Source: an uncultured Candidatus Binatia bacterium (GTDB lineage Bacteria > Desulfobacterota > Binatia > UBA9968 > CAXXLF01). Taken from it: 64,000 nt of DNA. The notes under the pieces were generated by a model that searched no databases, had not been told where the DNA came from, and saw only the letters and a list, made by a program, of their open reading frames with translations. Positions 10,159 to 19,672 of this stretch are shown here, in pieces (positions within the stretch are counted from its first letter, which is position 1; each line of letters starts with the position of its first letter). The position numbers and the translations under genes were made by a program. The DNA is taken from positions 256,001-320,000 of the forward strand of contig OZ244621.1 of the NCBI GenBank assembly GCA_965218425.1, read 5' to 3'.

Positions 10159-10979
10159 GCGGACGCGGCATTCAACTCCGCGGGCGCAAGGTCTGGCTCC
10201 TGGAGGAAGGAAGTGGCCTTCCCCTACTCTACCTCCACGGCTTCGTTGACGTGCATGGTGTCACTGAAAGTTGGATGCCCTTTCACCAGGGACTCTTTCA
10301 AAGCGCCCAGGTAATCGCGCCGGCCCATCCAGGCTGCGCTCAAAGTGACGACAACGGTGAGATAGATTCCATCGAGGACGTGGTCTTTCACTACCTGGAG
10401 GTCATAGACGCGCTGGGGCTCCATCAGTTCCACCTGGCGGGGGCGTGCGTCGGCGGCTGGATTGCGGCGGAGATCGCTGTCCGCCACCCTGAAAAGGTAC
10501 TGACACTCGCGCTGATTGGCGCTACGGGTCTCCTGGTGCCGGGCTCTCCCATCGGCGATATCTTCATGATGTCCCAGCCCGAACGCGGGACGAGCTATGC
10601 TACGCTCAGAGAGATGTTGTTCAGCAGTGCGGACCACCCCCTGGCGTTTGAACTGTTTCCCGACGGCCGCGGCCCCATTGACAGCGAGATCCGCCGCTAC
10701 CAGATGCTCAGGTTCACTTCCCGGTTCGGATTCAAGCCACCCTACCTTTACGATTGGAAGCTGAAAGATCGGCTTCACCGCATCCAGGCACCCTCTCTGA
10801 TCATCTGGGGGGAACGTGACCGCATGGTTCCCCTGGCCCATGGCAACGCGTACGCACAGGACATTCCAATGGCCAAGGGCCCCGAGATTATTAAAGGGGC
10901 AGGACATAGCGTGCATGCGGAAAGGCCCGAGGCAACGGCGGAACTACTGTTAGAATTCCTGAAGACGGAAAAAGCATAG
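10155..10979 (+). CDS. Alpha/beta hydrolase fold protein, translationally coupled to the LLM gene
   Basis: YLHG, GACVGG (Cys at the nucleophile position), WGERD, AGH; TTGA start/stop overlap. Confidence 0.88.
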   Translation: MSGRGIQLRGRKVWLLEEGSGLPLLYLHGFVDVHGVTESWMPFHQGLFQSAQVIAPAHPGCAQSDDNGEIDSIEDVVFHYLEVIDALGLHQFHLAGACVGGWIAAEIAVRHPEKVLTLALIGATGLLVPGSPIGDIFMMSQPERGTSYATLREMLFSSADHPLAFELFPDGRGPIDSEIRRYQMLRFTSRFGFKPPYLYDWKLKDRLHRIQAPSLIIWGERDRMVPLAHGNAYAQDIPMAKGPEIIKGAGHSVHAERPEATAELLLEFLKTEKA

Positions 10980-10986
10980 GACCACA

Positions 10987-11110
10987 GTTATCAGCCGTCA
11001 GCTATCAGCTAGTTGATGAGGAAGAATAACAATCCCTCCCGCTTAGGGTCAGACCTTGATAACTAAACAATCTGTGTAGTCCTAAAGAATAAACATAACC
11101 GCGGATTACT
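10987..11110 (+). repeat. Intergenic periodic modules
   Basis: GTTATCAGCCGTCAGCTATCAGC, AGGGTCAGACCTTGA, TAACCGCGGATT. Confidence 0.65.
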
Positions 11111-11126
11111 GTGATAGAGATGAGGA

Positions 11127-11672
11127 TTACGGGTTGAATTTTCGTTTTAACCAGGGTTTGCTCCCATGGCGTCGCTCGATATAAGCTCTGGTAGCCGCAG
11201 CGTCCGGCCTTTGGTAATTTAGGGTGACTCCTGCTCTGTCTGAGATGTCTAGGAGAAAGGTTCCAAGGTCGACGATTTGGCCGGGGACCGGCACAAAATA
11301 GGCTCCTTTGTTTCCCCTAAGGTACATGGTCTCTTCATCCCCGGGAGTCCCTCACTTAAAAATCACCCGACTTAGAAAAGATGCGTTTGGGGGCATATTG
11401 GGAATCACAAAGTAGCCGCCGCGTTGAATAACTGCCGTGATGAGCAGGGTCTGATCTTTATTTTTGATCTCCAGTGCAATGCCGCGACGGACGGTTCCCA
11501 TGGGCATGAGACCGAGCCTGCTCGGGTACTTACTGGTTGTTAACGATAACCCTTCCGATCACAAGAGAACTGTCAGGTCCAATGGGACCGCTCAGTGTAA
11601 CAGCGCAACCGCCAATGAGAAGCGACAGGAAAAAATCGAGGAAAGAAGAACGATTGTTCTAAGTCCCCTCAT
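11127..11672 (-). pseudogene. Degraded lipoprotein gene
   Basis: GGAGG RBS plus ATG 11672; shifted frame gives the lipobox-like LLIGGC; several stops and frameshifts before the C-terminal ORF 11327-11127. Confidence 0.5.
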
Positions 11673-11713
11673 TTTTATCCTCCCATGCCTCACATCTGAC
11701 ACAACCATAAGCC

Positions 11714-12502
11714 CTAGCGAACAGAATAACATTTTGCCTCGACAATGCTACTCGGACGAATCTGAAACATCAAACCTCGTACCGTAACAGTCTTGGTGGA
11801 AAGGGGAAATCCGGTCGCCCAAATGGCCTTGGCGACCCAGGTATTACAGGTATTGAATGCGTGGAATCGGCCCTCTGCACCATAGAATCGGCTTTTTCCG
11901 TAAAGACCCTGGCCAAGCTCCATCACATGGTTACTGGACGTACGGCTGAAACTCCCGGCCAAAAAGTCCAACAGTTTTCCATAGCCGGTTTGCGGCACCG
12001 AGACATCCACCACCTGACTCCCCGAAAAGTATTGTCTTGGCGAGACCGGAACCTCAACGATATGAAGCACACTCGATGTGGGGAAAAGCACCGCCCGAAG
12101 GGCCAGGCCATAATTCACCTCTCGCCTCTGGTAGAATCGTCGGTCTCCCCAACCAATCTCCAGAAATTTGACCTTACCAAAATCCGATTCCAGCTGGGGC
12201 ACCCGATTGGTGAGATCCCTGCGGTGAACAACAAGCCCTGTGTGCCATTCATGGCTTACAACATAAAGGGTTCGTGGCGCTTCACACTCCATGGCGTTGG
12301 CCGCCTCGGCCGGCGCGGCCGTAATACCGACAAGGAGAGAAAAAAACATTATGCAAACCGCATTACGCAACGCCGACAGTGCTCGGTAACGAGGCCCGAG
12401 CACTGAGGCATGAAGAAGAATCGAGGATAGACGACAGAGGAGCGAATATTGACGGGGGGAGGACGCTAGGCGCATAGAGCAACGGTATCCATCAGAGTCC
12501 AT
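11714..12502 (-). CDS. DUF2459/TIGR02117-like protein (start probably downstream)
   Basis: SHEWHTGL, EIGWGDRRFY, FHAFNTCNTW motifs. Confidence 0.8.
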   Translation of the reverse strand: MDSDGYRCSMRLASSPRQYSLLCRLSSILLHASVLGPRYRALSALRNAVCIMFFSLLVGITAAPAEAANAMECEAPRTLYVVSHEWHTGLVVHRRDLTNRVPQLESDFGKVKFLEIGWGDRRFYQRREVNYGLALRAVLFPTSSVLHIVEVPVSPRQYFSGSQVVDVSVPQTGYGKLLDFLAGSFSRTSSNHVMELGQGLYGKSRFYGAEGRFHAFNTCNTWVAKAIWATGFPLSTKTVTVRGLMFQIRPSSIVEAKCYSVR

Positions 12503-12504
12503 GG

Positions 12505-13248
12505 TTAGCGTAGTGCTCGGTAGATCAGGGCTACACCCACAATGAACAACAAGGCCATCAGCACGCGATTAAAACTCTTCTGGCTAACTCGGTCCTGGGT
12601 CTTGAGGCCTAGGTAAAAACCCACCAGGACAAACAAGGTGACCCCCAGAGACAAAATGAGTCGCGAGGGAGTGAATAGATTCCAGGTGGACACCGCCACC
12701 AGCTGGCTGACCTTGGTGATCATGAAGATGGTGGCAATGGACTTGATAAATTCTCTCTTGGGAAGGTCAAGGCTATAGAGATAGATGGCCAACCCCGGCC
12801 CGGCGGCATTGGTCATCCCGTTTAAAAAGCCACCCACCAAACCCACCACAGGTGAGACTTTAGCTTCCACTGAAGGCGGCATCCGAATGGTAAATTGAAA
12901 GACATTCGATGCAACAAAAAACAGGACCATGATTCCCAGAAACAAGTTGAGCACCCAGATGGGCAGACTCACCAACACCGACGTCCCCAGAAATACTCCC
13001 ACAACGGTCAGGACAAACAACCAACTAAAGCGGCCGAGGACCTCCCGCGGGAGACTCCCCCGAAACATCTACGTAATATCCATGACGATATTCGGAATGA
13101 TGAGGATGACAATGGCGGTCCGGATATCCAGCAGGAGGGTCACCATGGGAGTTGCAATCAATGGGAATCCCATGCCGGTGGTCCCTTTGGTAAAGGCCGC
13201 CAGGAGAAGTGCCGCGGCCACTAGGAGGGTTGTTTCATGGAAAGACAT
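12505..13248 (-). pseudogene. TSUP (TauE/SafE) sulfite exporter family gene with an in-frame TAG at 13071-13069
   Basis: KGTTGMGFPLIATP...IPNIVMDIT*MFRG...GGFLNGMTNAAGP; one 248-codon frame with a single internal stop. Confidence 0.85.
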
Positions 13249-13354
13249 GTTTGCTTAAAAAGGTTATGCCGGATTCGAGGCGAGTTGCAAACACGGCCCA
13301 CAGAGCAAAGAGCATAGCGCAAGGCACGAAGAGACGGGGAGCGCGTAGCATGTT

Positions 13355-14135
13355 CTAGCGGGGAATGGCCTTGCGCAAGGTCTCACGCAGAAAAGTCCTG
13401 ACGTCTTTCCAGTAATAATCCACACCCCAGAAAAGACGATGGCCACCGCCCCGATCATAGCGGATAATGCGCGCCTCTTTTCTATCAACTCGCAAGGCTT
13501 CTTTTAACGGCTGAAAGTCCTCTAAAATTATTTCCTCATCGCTCGCTTCAACCAAAAGCAAGAAGGGATATTTAGAGCACGCACCTGCTCAACGGCATCG
13601 GCAAAATGGCCACGGCCTGGCGCCGGTGCCAAGATCAGCAGGGACCTCAGACCTTTCCGCTTAACACCGACCATCAGTATTAAAAGTCCGCCGCGCGAGA
13701 AACCCATGAGGGCAATCCGTGAGCGATCTACTTCAGGTAACGTCTTTGCGTGATCGATCGCTCGTGAAACCTCTTTTGCGTGTTCTGGAATATTTCTTAT
13801 ACCGGTGCCTCGAATGGGAACGAATGCCAGGAATCCATCCCCGGCAAGGGCATGACAGAACCCATCCAAATCGTAGCCTCGCGCGCTAGCGTTCTGATAA
13901 CCTGTGCGGTCCACAATGAGCCCATGGTTGTATATAACCGCGGGAAAAGGACCATTCCCTTGCGGCCGGCAGACAAGCGCCTTTGATGGGAATCTGAGCG
14001 GTAAAATCCGATTCCAAGGTCACACGAACACTTCGGGAGGAACGATACTTCTTCAGACCAGGCTTGCTGCCGCAATGAACCGAGACGCCGCTCTCTCTCA
14101 GCACGGAGCCATACTATTGCTTCATCTTCAGTCAC
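13355..14135 (-). pseudogene. Dienelactone hydrolase/alpha-beta hydrolase, multiply frameshifted
   Basis: GPFPAVIYNHG, GFSRGG and GGGH motifs spread over different frames. Confidence 0.75.
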
Positions 14136-14221
14136 GTCTCATACGGCACAGGCCAATACAAGTCCGGTCCCCTCAACGGCTTTGTTGACCGGTTGTGAAC
14201 AGCCACAAACAAGAAAAACGA

Positions 14222-14325
14222 ACAGAGCAAAGCGCAAATAGTTCAGCATGGACTACGGACCACTGACTACAGGACCACGGAACGGCCGGAGCGCATAGCG
14301 CAAACCGTAGTCAGAGATCAGACCA
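14222..14325 (+). repeat. Intergenic periodic modules
   Basis: GGACTACGGACCACTGACTACAGGACCACG shared with 100-122 and 19481-19503, flanked by GCGCAAA/GCATAGCGCAAA modules. Confidence 0.8.
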
Positions 14326-14343
14326 GAGGAAACAAGTTTACCA

Positions 14344-14469
14344 TTATTTCCAAATCGGTGTCACCCATTCGAGATCGCTCCGCCCGCCGGGGGAAAGAGC
14401 CACCCACGGGCCATGATCACCTACTACTCTGTAGTTGATATTAACGCCGCGGACTTTGGCCCAGGGCAT
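14344..14469 (-). pseudogene. N-terminal remnant of an alpha/beta hydrolase
   Basis: GAGGAG RBS; MPWAKVRGVNINYRVVGDHGPWVALSPGG then a stop after 41 aa. Confidence 0.65.
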
Positions 14470-14558
14470 GAGTTACTCCTCTAGGAGCAAAGCGTTGTGC
14501 CGCCCTTAACTTCTTCAGTTACGGGCACGAACACGACTTTGCACGATGATCCAACACG

Positions 14559-16847
14559 TTAACCTCCCCTAGACTCCCGCAATGCGCGCAGGACATTTTC
14601 GGGACTCAAAGGCAGTTTTCTAATCCGGACACCCGTGGCGTTGTAAACTGCATTGGCGATGGCCGCCATGGGCGGAACGCTGCCGATCTCGCCGACGCCC
14701 TTGGTGCCATAGGGTCCGGCGCCTGGATAGCCTTCAACGATGACGGGTTCGATCCTTGGCAGCATATTGATGGTGGGCATGAGGTAATCCACAAAGGTGG
14801 GATTCAAAGTCTTTCCCTGGTGGTCCACCACCACCTGCTCGCACAGGGCCTGTCCAAGGCTCATGGCCGTCGCGCCTTCGATCTGCCCCTCCACCGCCTT
14901 GGGGTGAACCACAAAGCCCACATCATGAACCGCCACGTACTTCAAAACTTTGATGCTGCCCGTATCCGTGTCCACTTCCACTAGGGCAGCGTGGGTGGTA
15001 AAGGGCTGCGAGCTGCCGCGTTCCTTTTCCTCCGTCATGGAAGCCTTTGAGTCAAAAAATCCTCTACCAATGACCTCGCCGATTTCGTTGTGGGCCGCAG
15101 TGGCCACGGAGGCGAGGGAAACGGATTTACCGGGTGTGCCCTTGACCCTGATCTGCCGATCTTTGATCTCCAGGTCTTCAGGACTCGCCTCCAGTTTTCC
15201 TGAGGCCATACGCAAAAGCTGATTGCGCGCGTCAATGGCAGCCAATCGAGTGGCATTGCCTGACACCAGCATGGATCGGCTCCCCACTGTTCCGGCGTCC
15301 CACGGCGCGGCATCCGTATCCACGTTCATAACCGTAACACCCTCAGTGGGAATCCCCAGCTCTTCGGCAACCACCATGGGAATACCGAAACGGGCGGCTG
15401 TGCCGTAGTCCACTTTGCCGATGATGACCGTTACCGAACCGTCTTCGTTGACTTTGATAATGGCTCCACCCCCCGGTCCCGCCCCTTCGATCCATGAGCC
15501 GGTGGCAAACCCGATGCCCTGGTTTTTTTCCAAGGTTACTTTTCCCCAACCAATTTTCTCGGCGGCGGTACGAATGGTTTCGCCCAGAGAGACGTCCCGT
15601 AGTTTGGGCACGCCGACAATCTTGTCACCCGGCTTGGGAACGTTCTTGAGACGAAACTCAACCGGGTCCATGCCCAGCTTGTTAGCCAGGGTATCCATGT
15701 GAGACTCCACGGCGAAGGCTGCCTGGGGCCCTCCCGGTCCACGCACCGGCCCGCAGACCTGCTTGTTGGTGTAAACAATGTAGCCGTCACTATGCACGTT
15801 GGGCAACAGATACCAGCCTCCCAACATGTTGGTAGCCCTGGCCCCCGCCATGGCCCCGAACCCTGAGTAGCCGCCTGCGTCATAAATAACTTTCGCCTTT
15901 CGCGCCACCAGAGTACCGTCTTTCATCACCCCGCTCTGAATCCACATCCTGGCTCCGGACCGGATGGACGTGGAAATGGTTTCCTCGGCCTTGTCGAGGA
16001 CCATCATCACCGGCCGATTGGCCTTCATGGCAAGCAAACCGCAGATGGGCTCGATGGCCGCGCCGGAGGTGATCCCGCTTCCCTTCCCGCCAAAACCACC
16101 GCCGATTTCCGTCACCAACACCCTGACGCTATTCAGGGGAAGCCCGAGGGTCTTTGCCACCTCGGTTCGAATGGGAAATGGGGCCTGGGCGTTTACCCAG
16201 ACCGTCAACCGTCCATCCTCTTCCTGCCGCGCGGCTGCCATGCGTGGTTCGAGGTACTGGGGATGGATCATCTTTGTCTCATAGGACTCTTCCACCACCA
16301 GATCCGCTTCAGCCATGGCCTTATCCGGATCGCCAATATGAACCCCCGTGTAGCTAAAAACATTCTTGACCTTAGCGTCTTTCGGCAGGTTGGCAGGCAA
16401 AGGCACATCCTCGTGCAAGGTGGGCGCGGAGGGCTTCATGGCCTCTTCGGGATCCACCACCACGGGTAGAGTCTCGTATTCTACTTTGATCTTTTTGAGC
16501 GCCTGTTTGACCAGAGCTTGGCTCTCGGCAGCAACCGCCGCCACGGGATCACCCATGTAACGGACCCTCTCCTTAGCGAGTATGTATCGGTCCAGGTCGC
16601 TTCGCCCGTATTTGACGTCCGGCGCATCCGCCGCGGTGACCACGGTGTGAACGCCAGACAGGGCTCTGGCCCCGTTGGTATCAATACTCAGGATGCGTGC
16701 GTGGGCATGATGACTTCGAAGTATCCCACCGTGTAAGGCGTTGGGCAGGTCCAGATCGATGCCGTAGATCCCCGCTCCGGTGACCCGTTCTTCGCCGCCC
16801 ATCCGCGGCATATTCGTACCCAAGACGGTATATTCAGGCTTGGCCAT
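14559..16847 (-). CDS. Xanthine dehydrogenase/CoxL-family molybdopterin-binding subunit
   Basis: GGGFGGKG, VRGPGG, GTVGSRS, GQIEG, KGVGE; ATG 16847 with RBS. Confidence 0.93.
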   Translation of the reverse strand: MAKPEYTVLGTNMPRMGGEERVTGAGIYGIDLDLPNALHGGILRSHHAHARILSIDTNGARALSGVHTVVTAADAPDVKYGRSDLDRYILAKERVRYMGDPVAAVAAESQALVKQALKKIKVEYETLPVVVDPEEAMKPSAPTLHEDVPLPANLPKDAKVKNVFSYTGVHIGDPDKAMAEADLVVEESYETKMIHPQYLEPRMAAARQEEDGRLTVWVNAQAPFPIRTEVAKTLGLPLNSVRVLVTEIGGGFGGKGSGITSGAAIEPICGLLAMKANRPVMMVLDKAEETISTSIRSGARMWIQSGVMKDGTLVARKAKVIYDAGGYSGFGAMAGARATNMLGGWYLLPNVHSDGYIVYTNKQVCGPVRGPGGPQAAFAVESHMDTLANKLGMDPVEFRLKNVPKPGDKIVGVPKLRDVSLGETIRTAAEKIGWGKVTLEKNQGIGFATGSWIEGAGPGGGAIIKVNEDGSVTVIIGKVDYGTAARFGIPMVVAEELGIPTEGVTVMNVDTDAAPWDAGTVGSRSMLVSGNATRLAAIDARNQLLRMASGKLEASPEDLEIKDRQIRVKGTPGKSVSLASVATAAHNEIGEVIGRGFFDSKASMTEEKERGSSQPFTTHAALVEVDTDTGSIKVLKYVAVHDVGFVVHPKAVEGQIEGATAMSLGQALCEQVVVDHQGKTLNPTFVDYLMPTINMLPRIEPVIVEGYPGAGPYGTKGVGEIGSVPPMAAIANAVYNATGVRIRKLPLSPENVLRALRESRGG

Positions 16848-16851
16848 ATTT

Positions 16852-17328
16852 CTAACTCCTTCCTTCCAACTTTTGAGCCGCCACCTCGATAGCATCGACG
16901 ATCTTCGCATAGCCGGTACAGCGGCAGATGTTTCCGGATATTGCCTCTTCGATATTCTCCCGGGTGGGATTCTTCGAACGGTCCAAGAGCGCCTTGACGG
17001 AGATGATAAATCCCGGAGTGCAATAGCCGCATTGAACTGCACCGGTATCGATGAACGCTTGTTGAACCGGATGGAGCTCGTGGTCTTGCGCCAATCCCTC
17101 TACCGTGACGATCTTCGCGCTGGCCGCGTCGGCTCCCAGCACCACGCAAGAATTAACCGGCCTGCCATTGAATAAAATGGTGCAGGCGCCACATTCGCCG
17201 GTGTTGCAACATAGCTTGACCCCTTTGTAACCAAGGGTATCGCGCAAAAAGTCGAGTAGAGACGTGGAAGGCTCCACCGCAGCAGCATGGGTTTTTCCGT
17301 TAACCGTAACGATTACTTCGACACTCAT
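16852..17328 (-). CDS. XDH/CoxS-type (2Fe-2S) subunit
   Basis: CNTGECGACT...NSC, QCGYCTPG, NICRCTGY. Confidence 0.95.
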   Translation of the reverse strand: MSVEVIVTVNGKTHAAAVEPSTSLLDFLRDTLGYKGVKLCCNTGECGACTILFNGRPVNSCVVLGADAASAKIVTVEGLAQDHELHPVQQAFIDTGAVQCGYCTPGFIISVKALLDRSKNPTRENIEEAISGNICRCTGYAKIVDAIEVAAQKLEGRS

Positions 17329-18197
17329 CAGGCCACCTCCTTGCCCGTGGCCGCCTTCCAACACTGCGCCAAGCCCCGGCGAGTTAGGGCCTCGACGATC
17401 CAACTTCGATATTCCGCGCTGCTGCGCTGATCGCTAATGGGACTGGCCTCGGCAGCGGCCATCTGAGCTGCTTCCTGCAACAACCCTGGGTTCAAGGACT
17501 GGCCACGCAACAAGGCCTCGGTCCTGGTGGCGCGCATGGGAATCGGTGCCACGGCACCCAGGCCAATTCGTACATCTTGCAATTGAGAGTTCGTCTGATC
17601 CGGTGTGGTCAGGACCGCGACTCCAACCATGGCGATGTCCATGGAACCGCGCACCGCATGTTTTAGATAGACGCTGCGGCTTCCTTCGGCCGGATAGGGG
17701 ATCTCGATTCCCGTTAGCAAACCCGTGGCACCCAGACTCGATTGCCCTGGGCCCCGGAAGAATTGGTGGAAGCCTTCCGTTTTTTCCCCGTTGGAAAATG
17801 CGAGCTTGGCCTTGGCCTCCAGCACCAGGAGAGGTGCCAAGGTCTCACCGGAGGGCGAGGAGCGGCAGATGTTGCCGCCGATGGTGGCTGTGTTGCGAAT
17901 CTGGAGGGATGCAAATTGGTGTGAGGCCTCCCAGAGGAGGGCCAATCGCTCGCGCACCATGGGGTTCACCTCAATCTCACGGATGGTCACCAGGGGCCCG
18001 ATATGTAGAGCGGCACCATTCTCCTGGATATCGTTCAGACCGGGAATCCGTTTGATATTGACCAGGAAGCCCGGCTCGTCTTTAAACTTCATGTCCACCA
18101 TGACATCGGTGCCGCCGGCGATAACTTTGGCTTTATCTCCAAACTTATCCAGCAGGGCAAGTGCCTCGCCGATGGTTTTGGGTTCAAAATATTCCAT
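17328..18197 (-). CDS. XDH/CoxM-type FAD-binding subunit
   Basis: IAGGTD, QIRNTATIGGN, PISDQRSSAEYR. Confidence 0.95.
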   Translation of the reverse strand: MEYFEPKTIGEALALLDKFGDKAKVIAGGTDVMVDMKFKDEPGFLVNIKRIPGLNDIQENGAALHIGPLVTIREIEVNPMVRERLALLWEASHQFASLQIRNTATIGGNICRSSPSGETLAPLLVLEAKAKLAFSNGEKTEGFHQFFRGPGQSSLGATGLLTGIEIPYPAEGSRSVYLKHAVRGSMDIAMVGVAVLTTPDQTNSQLQDVRIGLGAVAPIPMRATRTEALLRGQSLNPGLLQEAAQMAAAEASPISDQRSSAEYRSWIVEALTRRGLAQCWKAATGKEVA

Positions 18198-18245
18198 GAT
18201 TCTTCTCCCTGAAAATTCTTACATCTTAGATCTTTATGAATTACT

Positions 18246-18450
18246 TAACCGCAGATCTACACAGATGAAAAATGCAAAGAGCATGGCGTACGGATCTCCG
18301 TTTCGGCCCTTTTTCGATTTTTCAACGTGCAATCCTCTATTCTTATCGCCACCACCCAGTTCTCAGTACTCATTACTCAGCACTGATTTGTCGCCTGCTG
18401 CCCATTGCTAACTGTCTTTCTGGCTTATCGCTCTGCTCCCTGCGCTTTGA
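18246..18450 (+). repeat. Composite repeat X, copy 1, plus reverse-oriented modules
   Basis: Same module order as 59540-59674 (+) and 20736-20883 (-). Confidence 0.8.
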
Positions 18451-18472
18451 CATTCCCCAGTGGGCACCATTA

Positions 18473-19252
18473 CTAGCTTTCTTTTTCCGCTCTGTCCAGG
18501 CTGGCTTGCAGGATCGTACCGTAAAGATCCACGGAGGTCATGCTGCAATACTCTAAACTATATCCGGGCCTTACCACCGCCGATCCATCCTCCAGGAGCC
18601 GTTGGAGAACTATACGTCTGAAGCTCCCATGTCCCATGATGCCTTCCTCATGTTCTCTCAGGTCCGCTTCTTCGTGGGTGGAAAAATAAACCGCTTGCTC
18701 CGGTGTCAGGCTATAATGAGCAGTCAGCGCATTGAAAAACTCACCTGACCAGTACCCGATCTGTTCTTCCGTAGTACCCGCAGCATAGGTTTCCGCCACC
18801 GTCCCTTCCCAGACAACGGACCTACGGTAATCGAGAAGGGCTCGGAATTCCGCAAGCATGGGTGAAATAAATATTTCGTCATCGTTTATACCCAGGGCTT
18901 TGGCCGTTTTCAGCACCACATGAATATGACCGGGCGGTTTAGGATGGATGAGTTCGTCCGCGAGTTTCTGGGCCATGGCTGCCATCAGGTCACGGTGTTT
19001 TCTAAAAAAGGCGATGTGCTTGTGATAGGAGGCCGCCTCGAGGGAGTTGATCTCGATGGTGAAGGAACCCCAATTCGTGAAAAACAGTCGAAGCGCCTTT
19101 GGTGACAATTTGCCGGTCCTCAACTGCTCCATAAAGGGTGCGTCGGTGATCCTCTCCTTCCATCTCGCCGCCACCTTCTCATAGAGTTGGTCCACGAAGG
19201 CCTTTGCTTCCTCCTGACTCATCTTCAGTCGCTCGCCACTCAGTGTTGCCAT
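18473..19252 (-). CDS. Heme-oxygenase-like / TenA-PqqC-CADD superfamily protein (possible diiron HDO)
   Basis: ADELIHPKPPGH, TTEEQ and YFSTHEEAD...GH helix-bundle metal-ligand pattern; AGGAGG RBS. Confidence 0.7.
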   Translation of the reverse strand: MATLSGERLKMSQEEAKAFVDQLYEKVAARWKERITDAPFMEQLRTGKLSPKALRLFFTNWGSFTIEINSLEAASYHKHIAFFRKHRDLMAAMAQKLADELIHPKPPGHIHVVLKTAKALGINDDEIFISPMLAEFRALLDYRRSVVWEGTVAETYAAGTTEEQIGYWSGEFFNALTAHYSLTPEQAVYFSTHEEADLREHEEGIMGHGSFRRIVLQRLLEDGSAVVRPGYSLEYCSMTSVDLYGTILQASLDRAEKES

Positions 19253-19411
19253 ATCTCTCCTCCTGAATTCGTCTCGTTCTTCGACCGTGCCCTTGAGCCA
19301 TTTACCCGGGCTCAGAGATGGTGAGTCCCAGCTCACCTGGAATCGGACCTCAGCTAGATTATCTCAACCACGCTTAGCGCTAATCGCCAAAAGGCGTCAA
19401 GGGGGGAAATC

Positions 19412-19570
19412 AGCAAAGCGCATGGCGCTGAGCGCAAAGCGCGGAGGAAGAAAGACAGGTGGCAGTGAGCAGCAAAAAAGGGACCACTGACTACAGGACC
19501 ACGAGCAGACAGAGACAGAGATACGGACAGAGCAAGAAGAGAGAAAGACAGCGCGCGGATGGCAGGGGGC
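19412..19570 (+). repeat. Intergenic mosaic including composite Z, copy 1
   Basis: 19481-19551 aligns by eye with 34976-35046 (GGACCACTGACTACAGG...CAGACAGAGACAGAGATACGGACAGAGC...GAGAAAGACAG). Confidence 0.8.
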
Positions 19571-19672
19571 GGGAAAAGAGGGGCCAGTAACTAGAGGTCT
19601 ATAGATAACCCGGAGAAGAAGGTAGGATAGAAAGTTGTAGGCTATCGGCGATGAAATAGAAACGGAGCACTG

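Noticed and set aside
13069..13071. Pyrrolysine or alternative genetic code
   Set aside because: TAG is the normal stop of many intact genes here, and no pyl genes are visible.
14559..18197. Aerobic CO dehydrogenase coxMSL
   Set aside because: The active-site loop is VRGPGG, not AYxCSFR (form I) or AYxGAGR (form II).
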